Below, piece after piece: positions 28,504 to 37,363 of a DNA stretch of 64,000 nt. Within the stretch, counting starts at the first letter, position 1. The number at the start of each line of letters is the position of its first letter. The DNA comes from a virus (taxonomy: Duplodnaviria > Caudoviricetes): IMG/VR virus record IMGVR_UViG_3300029288_000129, positions 25,810 through 89,809 of that record, one strand, 5' to 3'. The position numbers and the translations under genes were made by a program. The notes beneath the pieces are model-generated. The model searched no databases. It was given only the letters and a program-made list of their open reading frames with translations, and had not been told where the DNA came from.

Positions 28504-29463
28504 ATGAGCGAGAAAAAGCAAGGCGAGTTGGTAAAGGTGGAGCAGGGGCAGGAACTTTTACTGTCCGGCATGATCGACGAGAAAACGGTACGCGACTTTC
28601 TGGTTAGTAGCGGCACCGCGTCCAAACTCACCGAGTCGCAGCAAAACCTGTTTATGCTCACCGCGAAGGCCCTTAACCTTAACCCGCTGAAACGCGAGAT
28701 ATATGTCACGCCGTATCTCAAGAAGGGGGTTCGTGCCGAAAACGCGAAGCCGGGTGACTATGACATGAGCATCGTGACCGGATACGAGGTCTATCTGAAA
28801 CGGGCCGAACGCGCCAAAAACAGTAAGGGCGAGAGAATTTACGACGGATTCGACAAGCCGGAGTTCGAGGGCAAGATCAGGGCTGAAAAGAAGCCCATCA
28901 AGTACAAGGATGATCATGGCCAGTGGAAAGAGTATGAGAAAGATGTGATGTTGGACGCGGACCCGGACGATCCGTTCCGTTGCACCGTGAGGGTGTGGCG
29001 CAAGGACCGGAACCGGCCCACCATTCATACCGTGTATTGGAGCGAGTGTACACAGAACAATGCGATATGGAACGAGAAGCCGCGCACCATGCTTCGGAAG
29101 GTTGCGCTGTGTCAGGCGTTCCGGCTCGCGTTCCCCGACGAGTTCGACGGCATGCCGTATGCGGAAGAAGAGTTGCCGACGGATCGCGGCATTATAGAGT
29201 CTACGCCCGAACCCAAGAAACTGACCCACGAAACGGCGGCGGCGGCACCGAACCCCGACGAGGCGCGAATCGCCGCGTTGCGTCAGGAGGTAAAGGATAT
29301 CGCGCTGGGCCGCAAAATATCGGAAATAAAACTGAACCAAAGCATCGCCCGCAAATATGGGAAAGATGGCATGGCGGTCGAAGACTGCACCGAGGAACAG
29401 TTGAACGAAGTCAAGGATGCTTTGACCGAAACGAAGCCCGCCGACAAAGAGCCGAAGGAGTAG
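28504..29463 (+). CDS. Bet/RecT-family single-strand annealing protein
   Basis: LNLNPLKREIY, IVTGYEVYLKRAER, WNEKPRTMLRKVALCQAFRLAFP. Confidence 0.9.
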   Translation: MSEKKQGELVKVEQGQELLLSGMIDEKTVRDFLVSSGTASKLTESQQNLFMLTAKALNLNPLKREIYVTPYLKKGVRAENAKPGDYDMSIVTGYEVYLKRAERAKNSKGERIYDGFDKPEFEGKIRAEKKPIKYKDDHGQWKEYEKDVMLDADPDDPFRCTVRVWRKDRNRPTIHTVYWSECTQNNAIWNEKPRTMLRKVALCQAFRLAFPDEFDGMPYAEEELPTDRGIIESTPEPKKLTHETAAAAPNPDEARIAALRQEVKDIALGRKISEIKLNQSIARKYGKDGMAVEDCTEEQLNEVKDALTETKPADKEPKE

Positions 29464-29466
29464 CCC

Positions 29467-31428
29467 ATGAGCGGATTCGACTTTTCTCCGTCGCGGATGA
29501 TAGATTTTAACGAAAAGGAACACCGGTATTTCGTGGATGGCATCGAGCGTCCGTCCGTGTCTCACCTGCTGTCAGAACTCGGTGTCGCGGAAAAATTCGA
29601 TGGCGTAAACGCGGGACTCCTCGCGTATCGCGCCTCGCGTGGCAAGCGGATACACTTGGCGAGTCAATACTATAGCCAAGGCGTTCTTGATCTTGACAGT
29701 GTTGCGCCTGAAGATCGTCCGTTCGTGGACGCGATCATAGCGTTTCATAACGATTTCCCGCGATGGAAAAGCCTGATGCGCGAACGCCGGTTCTATGTGA
29801 AGTGCTTCGACGACGAGGAGCGCGGAGAACTGGGCTACTGCGGCACCATGGACGATGTGATGCTACTGGCTCCGGGACACTATGAGATTCGGGGTCGGGC
29901 CTACGATGTCGGCGAAGACGAGATCGGCCTTTTCGACGACAAGACATCCGCGAGCCTTGCGCCTGCGTATCGGTATCAGGTCAGCGGCGGGTATCTAAAG
30001 GGTATCCGAGAGGGTCTGGACGGAGACGATCTGGACATGCCGTTGATGCAGACTATCTCGACCCTTATCGGCCGACCGGTTCGGAAAATACATTGTTTCA
30101 TCCGGCATCTTCGGCAGGGCCATTACTTCCTCGTGCCGATTCAAGAAGACGAGACTTATCCGCAGTGGGAACAACTGCTTCGTAAGTTCTTCTATCCCCG
30201 CACCAAACTGGATGTCAAAAAAATGATGAGGAACCAGATCGACATGCCAGACACGGTGGCTCGACGATTGGTTCGCATCAAGGCCATGGAGGATGCGCTG
30301 AAGCCACGAAAGGCGGCGGCTCGGGAAGATGCGGTTAAATTGTTGACCCGTGACGGCATGGAGTTTAACGGAGTCGCCGAGATCGGTGGCCGCGAAGTCA
30401 CTTTCAGCAAGAGTTTCGGCGGCTACACGGAGTCTATAGACGACGCGGCGTTTGTGGCCAAACTGTTGGCATGGGACCAGCCGTCTATTACCATGACGGA
30501 ACTTCTCGCGCTACGGGCCTCGTGTAAGGTCAGCGGAGAAACCGAGGGAGCATGGCGGCTCAATGTGGGGAAACCGAAGAAACCGGAAACGAGCGCGGAA
30601 ACGAAAGTGCCGGAGCCTCCCAAAGCCGAAGTCATTCCGGCACAGAAGCCGGAAATGAAGCCGGAAGCGAAAACGGAAGCAAGCAGGGAAAGGAAGGTTT
30701 CCGAAACAACGACAGCCGCCACGACCATTGCCGGTAACACACCGACTCAATCGAAAGCCGTGTTCCCTGTCGGCGGACAGCCAAATTCCACCCCCGCCGA
30801 CTTCGTTGTCCCCAAGTCACTGGTGGACGATCTCCGCGAGGTCGCAAACCGCGTCTTTGAGCGGGCCATTATTCGTCGCACCGAGAATGAGACATTTAAG
30901 GGATGGTCTTTTTCTTCCGAGTTTGAGCATTTCCTGATGGGCCTCGATATGCTGGTCCCCGTAAACACATGGACCGAGGGCATGACAAAGAATTTGATCG
31001 ACGCTTTAATTCGCGAGGAGGTGCGTCGTGAAGAAACGGCGCGTCAACAGAGTCCTCGTTCGGTCAACGAGACTTTAGCCGATGTGCTGGTGCGTACCGT
31101 GATGAGCGCATACGGGGATGACCGGCTCGGCGCACAGAACCGCATCGTTGATTTCTGCCGTGCCAACAAGCGACCGCACGACTTCACTTCTTTCAGCGAT
31201 TCGGATCTCCGCGATCTTATCAATAAGATGGGGGCGGCGGCAGCGAACGAAAAGTTTGCGCGGAAGGACGCTGCAACCGTACCCGATGGGGCCGAATGCG
31301 TTCTTTCGGACGAGGGCCATTTGCGGCCACAGCCGGAACCTGCGCCAGAGCCGAAGCCAAGGCCCAAGACACCGGCCAAAACGAAGGCAAAGAAGGATGA
31401 CCCGAAACAGCCCGGACTTTTTGATTAG
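29467..31428 (+). CDS. PD-(D/E)xK exonuclease-like protein with long C-terminal extension
   Basis: HRYFVDG...PSVSHLL, RGKRIH, YCGTMDD, LFDDKT, YRYQVSGGY; directly after Bet/RecT. Confidence 0.75.
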   Translation: MSGFDFSPSRMIDFNEKEHRYFVDGIERPSVSHLLSELGVAEKFDGVNAGLLAYRASRGKRIHLASQYYSQGVLDLDSVAPEDRPFVDAIIAFHNDFPRWKSLMRERRFYVKCFDDEERGELGYCGTMDDVMLLAPGHYEIRGRAYDVGEDEIGLFDDKTSASLAPAYRYQVSGGYLKGIREGLDGDDLDMPLMQTISTLIGRPVRKIHCFIRHLRQGHYFLVPIQEDETYPQWEQLLRKFFYPRTKLDVKKMMRNQIDMPDTVARRLVRIKAMEDALKPRKAAAREDAVKLLTRDGMEFNGVAEIGGREVTFSKSFGGYTESIDDAAFVAKLLAWDQPSITMTELLALRASCKVSGETEGAWRLNVGKPKKPETSAETKVPEPPKAEVIPAQKPEMKPEAKTEASRERKVSETTTAATTIAGNTPTQSKAVFPVGGQPNSTPADFVVPKSLVDDLREVANRVFERAIIRRTENETFKGWSFSSEFEHFLMGLDMLVPVNTWTEGMTKNLIDALIREEVRREETARQQSPRSVNETLADVLVRTVMSAYGDDRLGAQNRIVDFCRANKRPHDFTSFSDSDLRDLINKMGAAAANEKFARKDAATVPDGAECVLSDEGHLRPQPEPAPEPKPRPKTPAKTKAKKDDPKQPGLFD

Positions 31429-31437
31429 GAGGAACAC

Positions 31438-31698
31438 ATGTTGCAGTTTAAGATCAAGGGCCAAGCCGCAATCCATACTACGCCGAGCAAGGCCGAGGAC
31501 GAGAAGAAAAAAAAGGCAAAGAAGATAAAAATGCAGGGCGAGGCACGCAAGATCACCCGTGCGGCAGGCAAGAAAAAAAAGAAAGCGAAACCTAACAGTA
31601 TCGTCAAGCCGCGCACGCCGGAACAGCGGGCAAAGAGTATGGCAAAGAAGAGCAACAAACCACTCAAGGCGGCAAGGGCCGCGAAGAGAAAGAAATAA
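31438..31698 (+). CDS. Small highly basic Lys/Ala-rich protein
   Basis: 86 aa, RBS AGGAGG, KKKKAKK/AARAAKRKK. Confidence 0.6.
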   Translation: MLQFKIKGQAAIHTTPSKAEDEKKKKAKKIKMQGEARKITRAAGKKKKKAKPNSIVKPRTPEQRAKSMAKKSNKPLKAARAAKRKK

Positions 31699-31704
31699 CA
31701 ACCA

Positions 31705-32331
31705 ATGGAGACTATGATGGCAAAGAAAAAGGAAGGCGCGTCCTGTATCGAAACAATCCGCAGAACGGTACGGCTCACCGGCATCAAGGATGCGATGTTT
31801 GACCGCTATGCCGGTGACAACAAAACGAAACTGATGTGGCACCAGAAACTGTACATGATACCCGGCACCAGCATTGTGGCAATGCCGACGATCAATATCA
31901 TGTCGTTTCTGACCGCGCACAACACGAACTCGGCTCCGAAGCGGCTTCGCGACAAGCGGGAGTACAAGGACATCTGCAACGCCTGCCTATCGTTTGTCAA
32001 CATCGTGGGGGGCAAGCAGAATCCCGCCTATATCCCGTTTCTCCGCGACGGAGAACCGATAGAGGTCGGCGACTTCGGCGATGAGAGGGACGAGAAGAGC
32101 GGAGTTTATCTTCACCAATCGGTTGCTCGTCTTCCCCTCGGCATACCGAATCCGAAAGAGCGTCCCGTGCTTCCGTTGCCGTGGGAGATCGAGTTCGGCC
32201 TTGAGATATTCCCCAATAAGGAAATCAAGGAAGTCGAGATACGCAATCTTTTTGAGGAAGGCGGGCTTGCTATTGGCCTCGGGACTTTCCGTGGCGTGTT
32301 TGGCAAATTTATGGTATCCCGTTGGGACTAA
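31705..32331 (+). CDS. Stand-alone RAMP/Cas7-like protein
   Basis: 208 aa with RAMP-like layout: beta1 RTVRLTGIKDAMFDRY, IVAMPTINIMSFL, hairpin HQSVARL...ERPVLPLPWEIEFGLEI, and a terminal G-rich loop GGLAIGLGTFRGVFGKFMV. Confidence 0.7.
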   Translation: METMMAKKKEGASCIETIRRTVRLTGIKDAMFDRYAGDNKTKLMWHQKLYMIPGTSIVAMPTINIMSFLTAHNTNSAPKRLRDKREYKDICNACLSFVNIVGGKQNPAYIPFLRDGEPIEVGDFGDERDEKSGVYLHQSVARLPLGIPNPKERPVLPLPWEIEFGLEIFPNKEIKEVEIRNLFEEGGLAIGLGTFRGVFGKFMVSRWD

Positions 32332-32341
32332 TACTTTTTCT

Positions 32342-32704
32342 GGCGTGGCTTGGCGTGGCTAGGCACGGAAAGGCAAGGCAAGGCACTGCGAGGCGAGGTT
32401 TTTTAGTGACGAAACCGGCATGGCGGGGCTTGGATTGGACAGGCAAGGCAAGGCACTGCGAGGCGAGGTATTTAGTGTGAAAAGCGGCGGGGCGCGGCGG
32501 GGCTCGGTGCGGACAGGAACGGAAAGGTGAGGCGAGGCGAGGTTTTTTAGTGACGAAACCGGCTTGGCGTGGCTAGGCATGGCTAGGCGCGGAAGGGCAA
32601 GGCAAGGCACTGCAAGGCGAGGTTTTTAGTGACGAATAGGGATCGGCATGGCTCGGCAAGGCAGTGCGAGGAGAGGAGAGGACAGGCAAGGCAAGGCGAG
32701 GTAA
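32342..32704 (+). ncRNA. Array of five GGH-NN pentamer units; putative guide-RNA array
   Basis: 61 in-phase pentamers (39 GGC, 11 GGA, 7 GGT, 4 TGC) in units starting 32342, 32417, 32486, 32561 and 32640, separated by TTAGTG(AC/TG)(G/A)AA linkers. The repeat is certain; its RNA nature is inferred. Confidence 0.75.
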
Positions 32705-32707
32705 GAG

Positions 32708-33340
32708 ATGAAACCAAAGAGTACCGACATCATTGACGGGACTCGCTACGAGTTCGACAGCCCCGAGGAGATGTGGTTTGCGTGGTGGCTCGAAGAGTTG
32801 CGACAATACGAGGAGATCGGAGAGTGGCGGTATCAAGCCAAGACATGGCAACTCTCGCGGTCCTGCGACCTCTTGTGGTCCGTACAAGGCGCAAGGAAGG
32901 TGTTGGAGCGGTCGAAGTGCCTGCTCCGTGCCCACTCGTATACCGCCGACTTCTCGGTGCGGTGGCGCAACAAGGATTGGATCAATGTGGAGACTGCGGA
33001 GTGGCGCGAATCGGACGGCAATGATCTTCGCATAGTGCCACCGTACAAACCCGACGCGGTGATGCTTGCCACTGGCTCCGATCTCACCGCGTATGTGGAC
33101 ATAAAGGGCGGCTTTGTTCGCGGTCATTCAAAGGCGGAAGCGTTTGAGGTGAAGCGCGGCATCGTGTGGGAACAGCACGGCGACTATATCAACCGTATCG
33201 TTCCCTATACCGCGAAGGGGCCGTGTCTGTTCAAGGCGACCTTTGTGCCGCAACGATTCTTTTTTACCGATAAGGGCCATCAGGCCCGCAAGATACACTT
33301 CCCGGTGCGGCGCATCGAAGAGTGGTTGTCGCCTTTTTAG
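32708..33340 (+). CDS. DUF1064-like PD-(D/E)xK nuclease
   Basis: FDSPEE, YTADF, YVDIKG motifs. Confidence 0.7.
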   Translation: MKPKSTDIIDGTRYEFDSPEEMWFAWWLEELRQYEEIGEWRYQAKTWQLSRSCDLLWSVQGARKVLERSKCLLRAHSYTADFSVRWRNKDWINVETAEWRESDGNDLRIVPPYKPDAVMLATGSDLTAYVDIKGGFVRGHSKAEAFEVKRGIVWEQHGDYINRIVPYTAKGPCLFKATFVPQRFFFTDKGHQARKIHFPVRRIEEWLSPF

Positions 33341-33351
33341 CGGAGGCTATT

Positions 33352-33618
33352 ATGAAAAAACCGTTCTCGTGGCTAAAGTTTTTCAATGTCGTTTTGTTTC
33401 AGTGGTTTTTTATCCGGCTTTCGAGGTGTGATCAGGAGGCAAAGGTGGGAATCGACCCAGAAATAGGGACGCTGCCTTTGCGTTGGTATTCTATCACGGG
33501 TCTGATGTGGCCTACTACCGGATGGAAAGATGACTATAAGATGCTTTTCAACATGGACCCGTTTTACTGGCGAGTCACGCCGATTATGAGGCACCAAGAT
33601 TCTGCGAGGGCGAGATGA
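33352..33618 (+). CDS. Hypothetical protein
   Basis: RBS GGAGG; Trp/Phe-rich. Confidence 0.55.
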   Translation: MKKPFSWLKFFNVVLFQWFFIRLSRCDQEAKVGIDPEIGTLPLRWYSITGLMWPTTGWKDDYKMLFNMDPFYWRVTPIMRHQDSARAR

Positions 33619-34019
33619 GCCGCTACGAAGAACTATTCCCGTATTGGCCGTTCGGCCGCGCCATACTGCCGTTTCTGATCGATTCAATGGGCCGCGAGAT
33701 CGACTGTGCCGCGATTATTCCGCTTAAAAACGCTCGTGGTGTGTTTTTTGTTTTGGACAAATCTTGTTTTTACAAACTATGCCAGCAGTATATTCCGCCG
33801 GATCATATAAGGACATTTCAGCGTTGCATAGATATGATGATATCTGAAATATATAAGAAGTGTCGTCAAGAGGTGACTGACATTCTTAATCATTGCGGAT
33901 GTGACGCTCTTGGCTCTACCATAGATGTTGCCGCCGAGAAAATGATGTCAAAAATGATTTTGAGCGGCGATCCTCGGGTGAAAACATCATTGCGACAACA
34001 CTGTGCATTGGAGGAATAG
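33615..34019 (+). CDS. Hypothetical protein
   Basis: 134 aa, ATGA coupling. Confidence 0.55.
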   Translation: MSRYEELFPYWPFGRAILPFLIDSMGREIDCAAIIPLKNARGVFFVLDKSCFYKLCQQYIPPDHIRTFQRCIDMMISEIYKKCRQEVTDILNHCGCDALGSTIDVAAEKMMSKMILSGDPRVKTSLRQHCALEE

Positions 34020-34307
34020 ATGGTGCCCATTGAACAATTCATTCTGCTTGTCCGTGATTCGTTTGTCGGAGCCGAGCATGTCTATATGAACGGGTCATGC
34101 TTTTGGTTCGCCAAGATGCTACAGGCTGTTTACGGTGGCACCTTGATGGAGAACCATAGCCATGTCTACCTCAAGATAGACGGGAACTACTACGATATCA
34201 GAGGCCGCGTTTACCCTTGTTGGTCCGATGGAGAATTGACCGTGGCAATAGAACCGACAAGTCACGGGAAATACGATATGCTTAAAAACTACCGAAACAT
34301 TCTATAG
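34020..34307 (+). CDS. Conserved phage hypothetical protein
   Basis: YMNGSCFWFAKML...HVYLKIDGNYYDIRG. Confidence 0.65.
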   Translation: MVPIEQFILLVRDSFVGAEHVYMNGSCFWFAKMLQAVYGGTLMENHSHVYLKIDGNYYDIRGRVYPCWSDGELTVAIEPTSHGKYDMLKNYRNIL

Positions 34308-34318
34308 GAGGAGTCTCG

Positions 34319-34987
34319 ATGGCCCATTCAAAGGTTCAGCGTATGACGACACAGTATCGCGGCAAGGAACTGACCGAAATGTTCCGAGCCTATGTCGCGG
34401 AAGAAAAGGATCTGTTCGAGGCGCACCTGCTGTCGTGGAAGCGCGAGGGCATGGCCGATCTGGTGGCGTGGCTCAACACCACATCGTTTTACCGCGACCC
34501 CGCTTCGACCCGGTATCATTCGGCGCACGATGCGGGACTTCTGATCCACAGCCTCGGGGTGGCGCATACCTTTAACCGGTTTGTGAAGGAAAACCCGATA
34601 TTCGAGATATCGCTGGAAACATCGCTGGTGGCGGGTCTGCTCCACGACCTGTGCAAGATCGGCTGTTACGAGCAAAAGGAGCGGTTCCGTAAGGACAAGA
34701 ACGACAGATGGGAGAAGTATCCGGGATACGAGTGGATACCCGAAGCCCTTCCGTTGGGTCACGGCGCGAAGAGCATAGAGATCGCGAGTCGGTTTATCCG
34801 TCTCACCGATCAGGAGAAGATGCTTCTGTTTTGGCACATGGGGCCGAGCACGACCACCGACATCAACGACTTCTACAATGTGTGTTCGCGGTTCCCCGCC
34901 GTCGCCTTCATGCACGCGGCCGACCTTATCCACAGCAAGTGCTTCGAGCCGCAGGAACTGATCGAGCCGTTGGTGGGGGTGCTATGA
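34319..34987 (+). CDS. HD-domain phosphohydrolase (YhaM-like)
   Basis: FYRDPASTRYHSAHDAGLLIHSL, LLHDLCKIG, GHGAKS, WHMG, MHAAD. Confidence 0.85.
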   Translation: MAHSKVQRMTTQYRGKELTEMFRAYVAEEKDLFEAHLLSWKREGMADLVAWLNTTSFYRDPASTRYHSAHDAGLLIHSLGVAHTFNRFVKENPIFEISLETSLVAGLLHDLCKIGCYEQKERFRKDKNDRWEKYPGYEWIPEALPLGHGAKSIEIASRFIRLTDQEKMLLFWHMGPSTTTDINDFYNVCSRFPAVAFMHAADLIHSKCFEPQELIEPLVGVL

Positions 34988-35379
34988 TTCCGCTATTTAG
35001 AGCATGGTGGCCGGAAGAAAAACGGTACTACGATGTTGGTTGTATTGACTGGCGCAACGGGGACATGCGGGTTTTAACGCACAGGGGATATGCCCAAGAG
35101 TTGATGTCGCCGTCCACCGTCCTTGAACTGTTCACCGGCGTGGTTGACACATCGGTCGAGCGGCGCAAGATATTTGACGGCGATCTGATTCAGCCCACCA
35201 CAGCATCCTATCGGATCGTCAAGGTTGTCCGGTTCGTGCCGGATCGTGCCGCGTTTATGATGGCGAATCAAGAAGACATTGAGAAGGATTTGCTGGACCC
35301 ATGGCAACCCCTGTCTCAGCGATGGGTGGATGAGTGCAGGGCCGTGGTGATCGGGAACATTCATGGAGTGCCGCTATGA
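34984..35379 (+). CDS. YopX-family protein
   Basis: IPLFRAWW...LELFTGVVD...KIFDGDLI...VIGNIH. Confidence 0.75.
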   Translation: MIPLFRAWWPEEKRYYDVGCIDWRNGDMRVLTHRGYAQELMSPSTVLELFTGVVDTSVERRKIFDGDLIQPTTASYRIVKVVRFVPDRAAFMMANQEDIEKDLLDPWQPLSQRWVDECRAVVIGNIHGVPL

Positions 35380-35957
35380 AAGCACGCTATCTCAAAAAAC
35401 TGCTCAATGACACACGATATATTGTAGCAGATCACGGCAAGTACATCTGTGTCGGATCGCCGCTATGCCACAATCTGATCGCCGTTGACAAGAACACCAT
35501 GAAGATCACCTACGCGCTCGACACTTGGCACGAGGGGCGCAAATCCTTGAAGGACAAGGAAGAGTTGGGCCAGATATGGGATACCCTTGCTGCTCTTATC
35601 GCGTCGGGAGAGATGCGGTCGATCATGGACGACAACGATGTACTGGAGCATCCGGTGCCGATCTGGTTCTGGGACTCGGACACCCTCACTGTGGTGGAGC
35701 GGCAGACCGAGCCGGATTCTTTCGAGTGGCCTGCGGTGGCGCATGACGGGACTCAGATATACGAGAACAACGGGTTCCGCACCAGAGCCGAGGCGGTGGC
35801 CTGTGGCGTGCGGAATCTTCGGGCGCGGAAAGAAAACTTTACCGAGCGCGTCGCCGAGAAAAGAGAAGAGATAAAAAAGTACGAGGGATGGCTTGCCGAG
35901 ACCGAAGCAGCACTGGCGACACTGTTGCCGGAGTATGTAGAGGAGGAAAAGGTATGA
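35376..35957 (+). CDS. Hypothetical protein
   Basis: ATG 35376; C-terminal coiled coil. Confidence 0.65.
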   Translation: MKARYLKKLLNDTRYIVADHGKYICVGSPLCHNLIAVDKNTMKITYALDTWHEGRKSLKDKEELGQIWDTLAALIASGEMRSIMDDNDVLEHPVPIWFWDSDTLTVVERQTEPDSFEWPAVAHDGTQIYENNGFRTRAEAVACGVRNLRARKENFTERVAEKREEIKKYEGWLAETEAALATLLPEYVEEEKV

Positions 35958-36391
35958 GAAAGATGGGGCTGTATCGGGGCAAGCGGATTGATACCAGAGA
36001 ATGGGTTCATGGATATCTTTTGAAGGACGACAGAGGATGCTTCATAATTCAGGATTGGACCGAATACAATTTCAACAATAGCGATCTTCGTTGTTCCGGC
36101 TTTGCGGTAGATTCCGAAACGGTCGGCGAGTTCAGTGGCGAAACGCTGCGGGGCCGAGACCTCTACGAAGGCGACATTGTGGACAAGGAGAATAATCACC
36201 CGAGGCGAATGATGATTGCGTTCATCGAGGGAGCATTCTGTCTCGCCGCTGTTGACGAGATACGGGATGACGAGACGGGCCGCGTCCAGTTTGAGAAAGG
36301 TGAGTATGTGATGGGTATCCACTACATCCATCACGCGGGACGAGAACAGGCGGAGATCGTCGGAACCATCCACGATGAGGCAAAGCCATGA
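35954..36391 (+). CDS. YopX-family protein (second copy)
   Basis: LYRGKRIDTREWVHGYL...ETVGEFSG...LYEGDIV...EIVGTIHD. Confidence 0.8.
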   Translation: MRKMGLYRGKRIDTREWVHGYLLKDDRGCFIIQDWTEYNFNNSDLRCSGFAVDSETVGEFSGETLRGRDLYEGDIVDKENNHPRRMMIAFIEGAFCLAAVDEIRDDETGRVQFEKGEYVMGIHYIHHAGREQAEIVGTIHDEAKP

Positions 36392-36666
36392 CAATGCTTA
36401 TAGGAACTCCGCAAACTCCGTATTGCGAAGCCATAGGGCGTAATCCGGGCGAAGAGAAGGGACGCAGCCACCTGTACTATGTGGACAAACGCGGGAACTA
36501 CTGGCCGCTCTGCATGTACGGCTGGAACCGGAGCGATGGGGAATCGCTGTCCATATTCCGTGGGCATAGGGGAGATCGGGGACTTTGCAAACTCTGCGCG
36601 AATGCGCGGGATGCTGGGTCAAAGGGGCTGCGCAAGCCGGTTCCTCACAAAACAAGGTGGTTGTAG
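36388..36666 (+). CDS. Hypothetical protein
   Basis: 92 aa, coupled start. Confidence 0.6.
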   Translation: MTMLIGTPQTPYCEAIGRNPGEEKGRSHLYYVDKRGNYWPLCMYGWNRSDGESLSIFRGHRGDRGLCKLCANARDAGSKGLRKPVPHKTRWL

Positions 36667-36686
36667 ATCGCGAAGAGGAAACAGGT

Positions 36687-36932
36687 ATGGCTCGTCACAA
36701 TAAAGAGTTTCGTACCAAAACGGAGTTGATGGAAGAAAATGTGAGTCTCAAGGAACATATACGCGAGATGCGGATGGCCTTGTCTCAAGTCATGGACCTG
36801 TGCGCCGGAGCCATCATAGGCAAGAAGAAGTTGCTTGAACTTACGGGGCATACCGATGTGATGTCGTCGATAACGCAAACAGCCTTGTTGAAGGCGGGGC
36901 TAGACGCAAAAGCACGGAGGAAAAAGACATGA
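36687..36932 (+). CDS. Hypothetical protein
   Basis: ATG 36687 after GAGG. Confidence 0.55.
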   Translation: MARHNKEFRTKTELMEENVSLKEHIREMRMALSQVMDLCAGAIIGKKKLLELTGHTDVMSSITQTALLKAGLDAKARRKKT

Positions 36933-37363
36933 CCGCAACGGTAAGAGAAAAAGACACCGCTAAGAAGGTTGTTGTAGATTTCCTTCGTCGCCACGAACGC
37001 GCCTTTGATCGCTCTCCCCACTGCGGCGGCATTCGATTCGACAAACTTGAGGAGAAACCGCTCGAACTTCTTGTCGGATATGTACGGCTGTATAATGCGA
37101 CATTTGAGAAAGACTTTGGTTCTCTGGAGTATGCGTTTCATCAAAGCCTCAAGTATGCCGAGGTGTTTGATATAGTGTCGTCAATCAAGATCGAAGTAGT
37201 GTATAACAATCCTTCGTATGCGCCGCCGGAAGGAATTGTCTACTATGAGATGGAGTTTACCAATATCGTTGGAGAGGCGAGAGGGGACAGGCCCGGAGTT
37301 TATGATACTGGGTTCACGAAATACGGCAGACTGATATGTTGGGAGGTGCCATGCGAACCGTAA
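36929..37363 (+). CDS. Hypothetical protein
   Basis: 144 aa. Confidence 0.55.
   Translation: MTATVREKDTAKKVVVDFLRRHERAFDRSPHCGGIRFDKLEEKPLELLVGYVRLYNATFEKDFGSLEYAFHQSLKYAEVFDIVSSIKIEVVYNNPSYAPPEGIVYYEMEFTNIVGEARGDRPGVYDTGFTKYGRLICWEVPCEP

Noticed and set aside
32342-32704. CRISPR array, microsatellite or coding ORFs (32359-32610 minus, 32573-33127 minus)
   Set aside because: There is no 25-40-bp repeat/unique-spacer pattern. The in-phase variable dinucleotides and linkers are not a simple microsatellite. The PCLALP-type ORFs are translations of the repeat.
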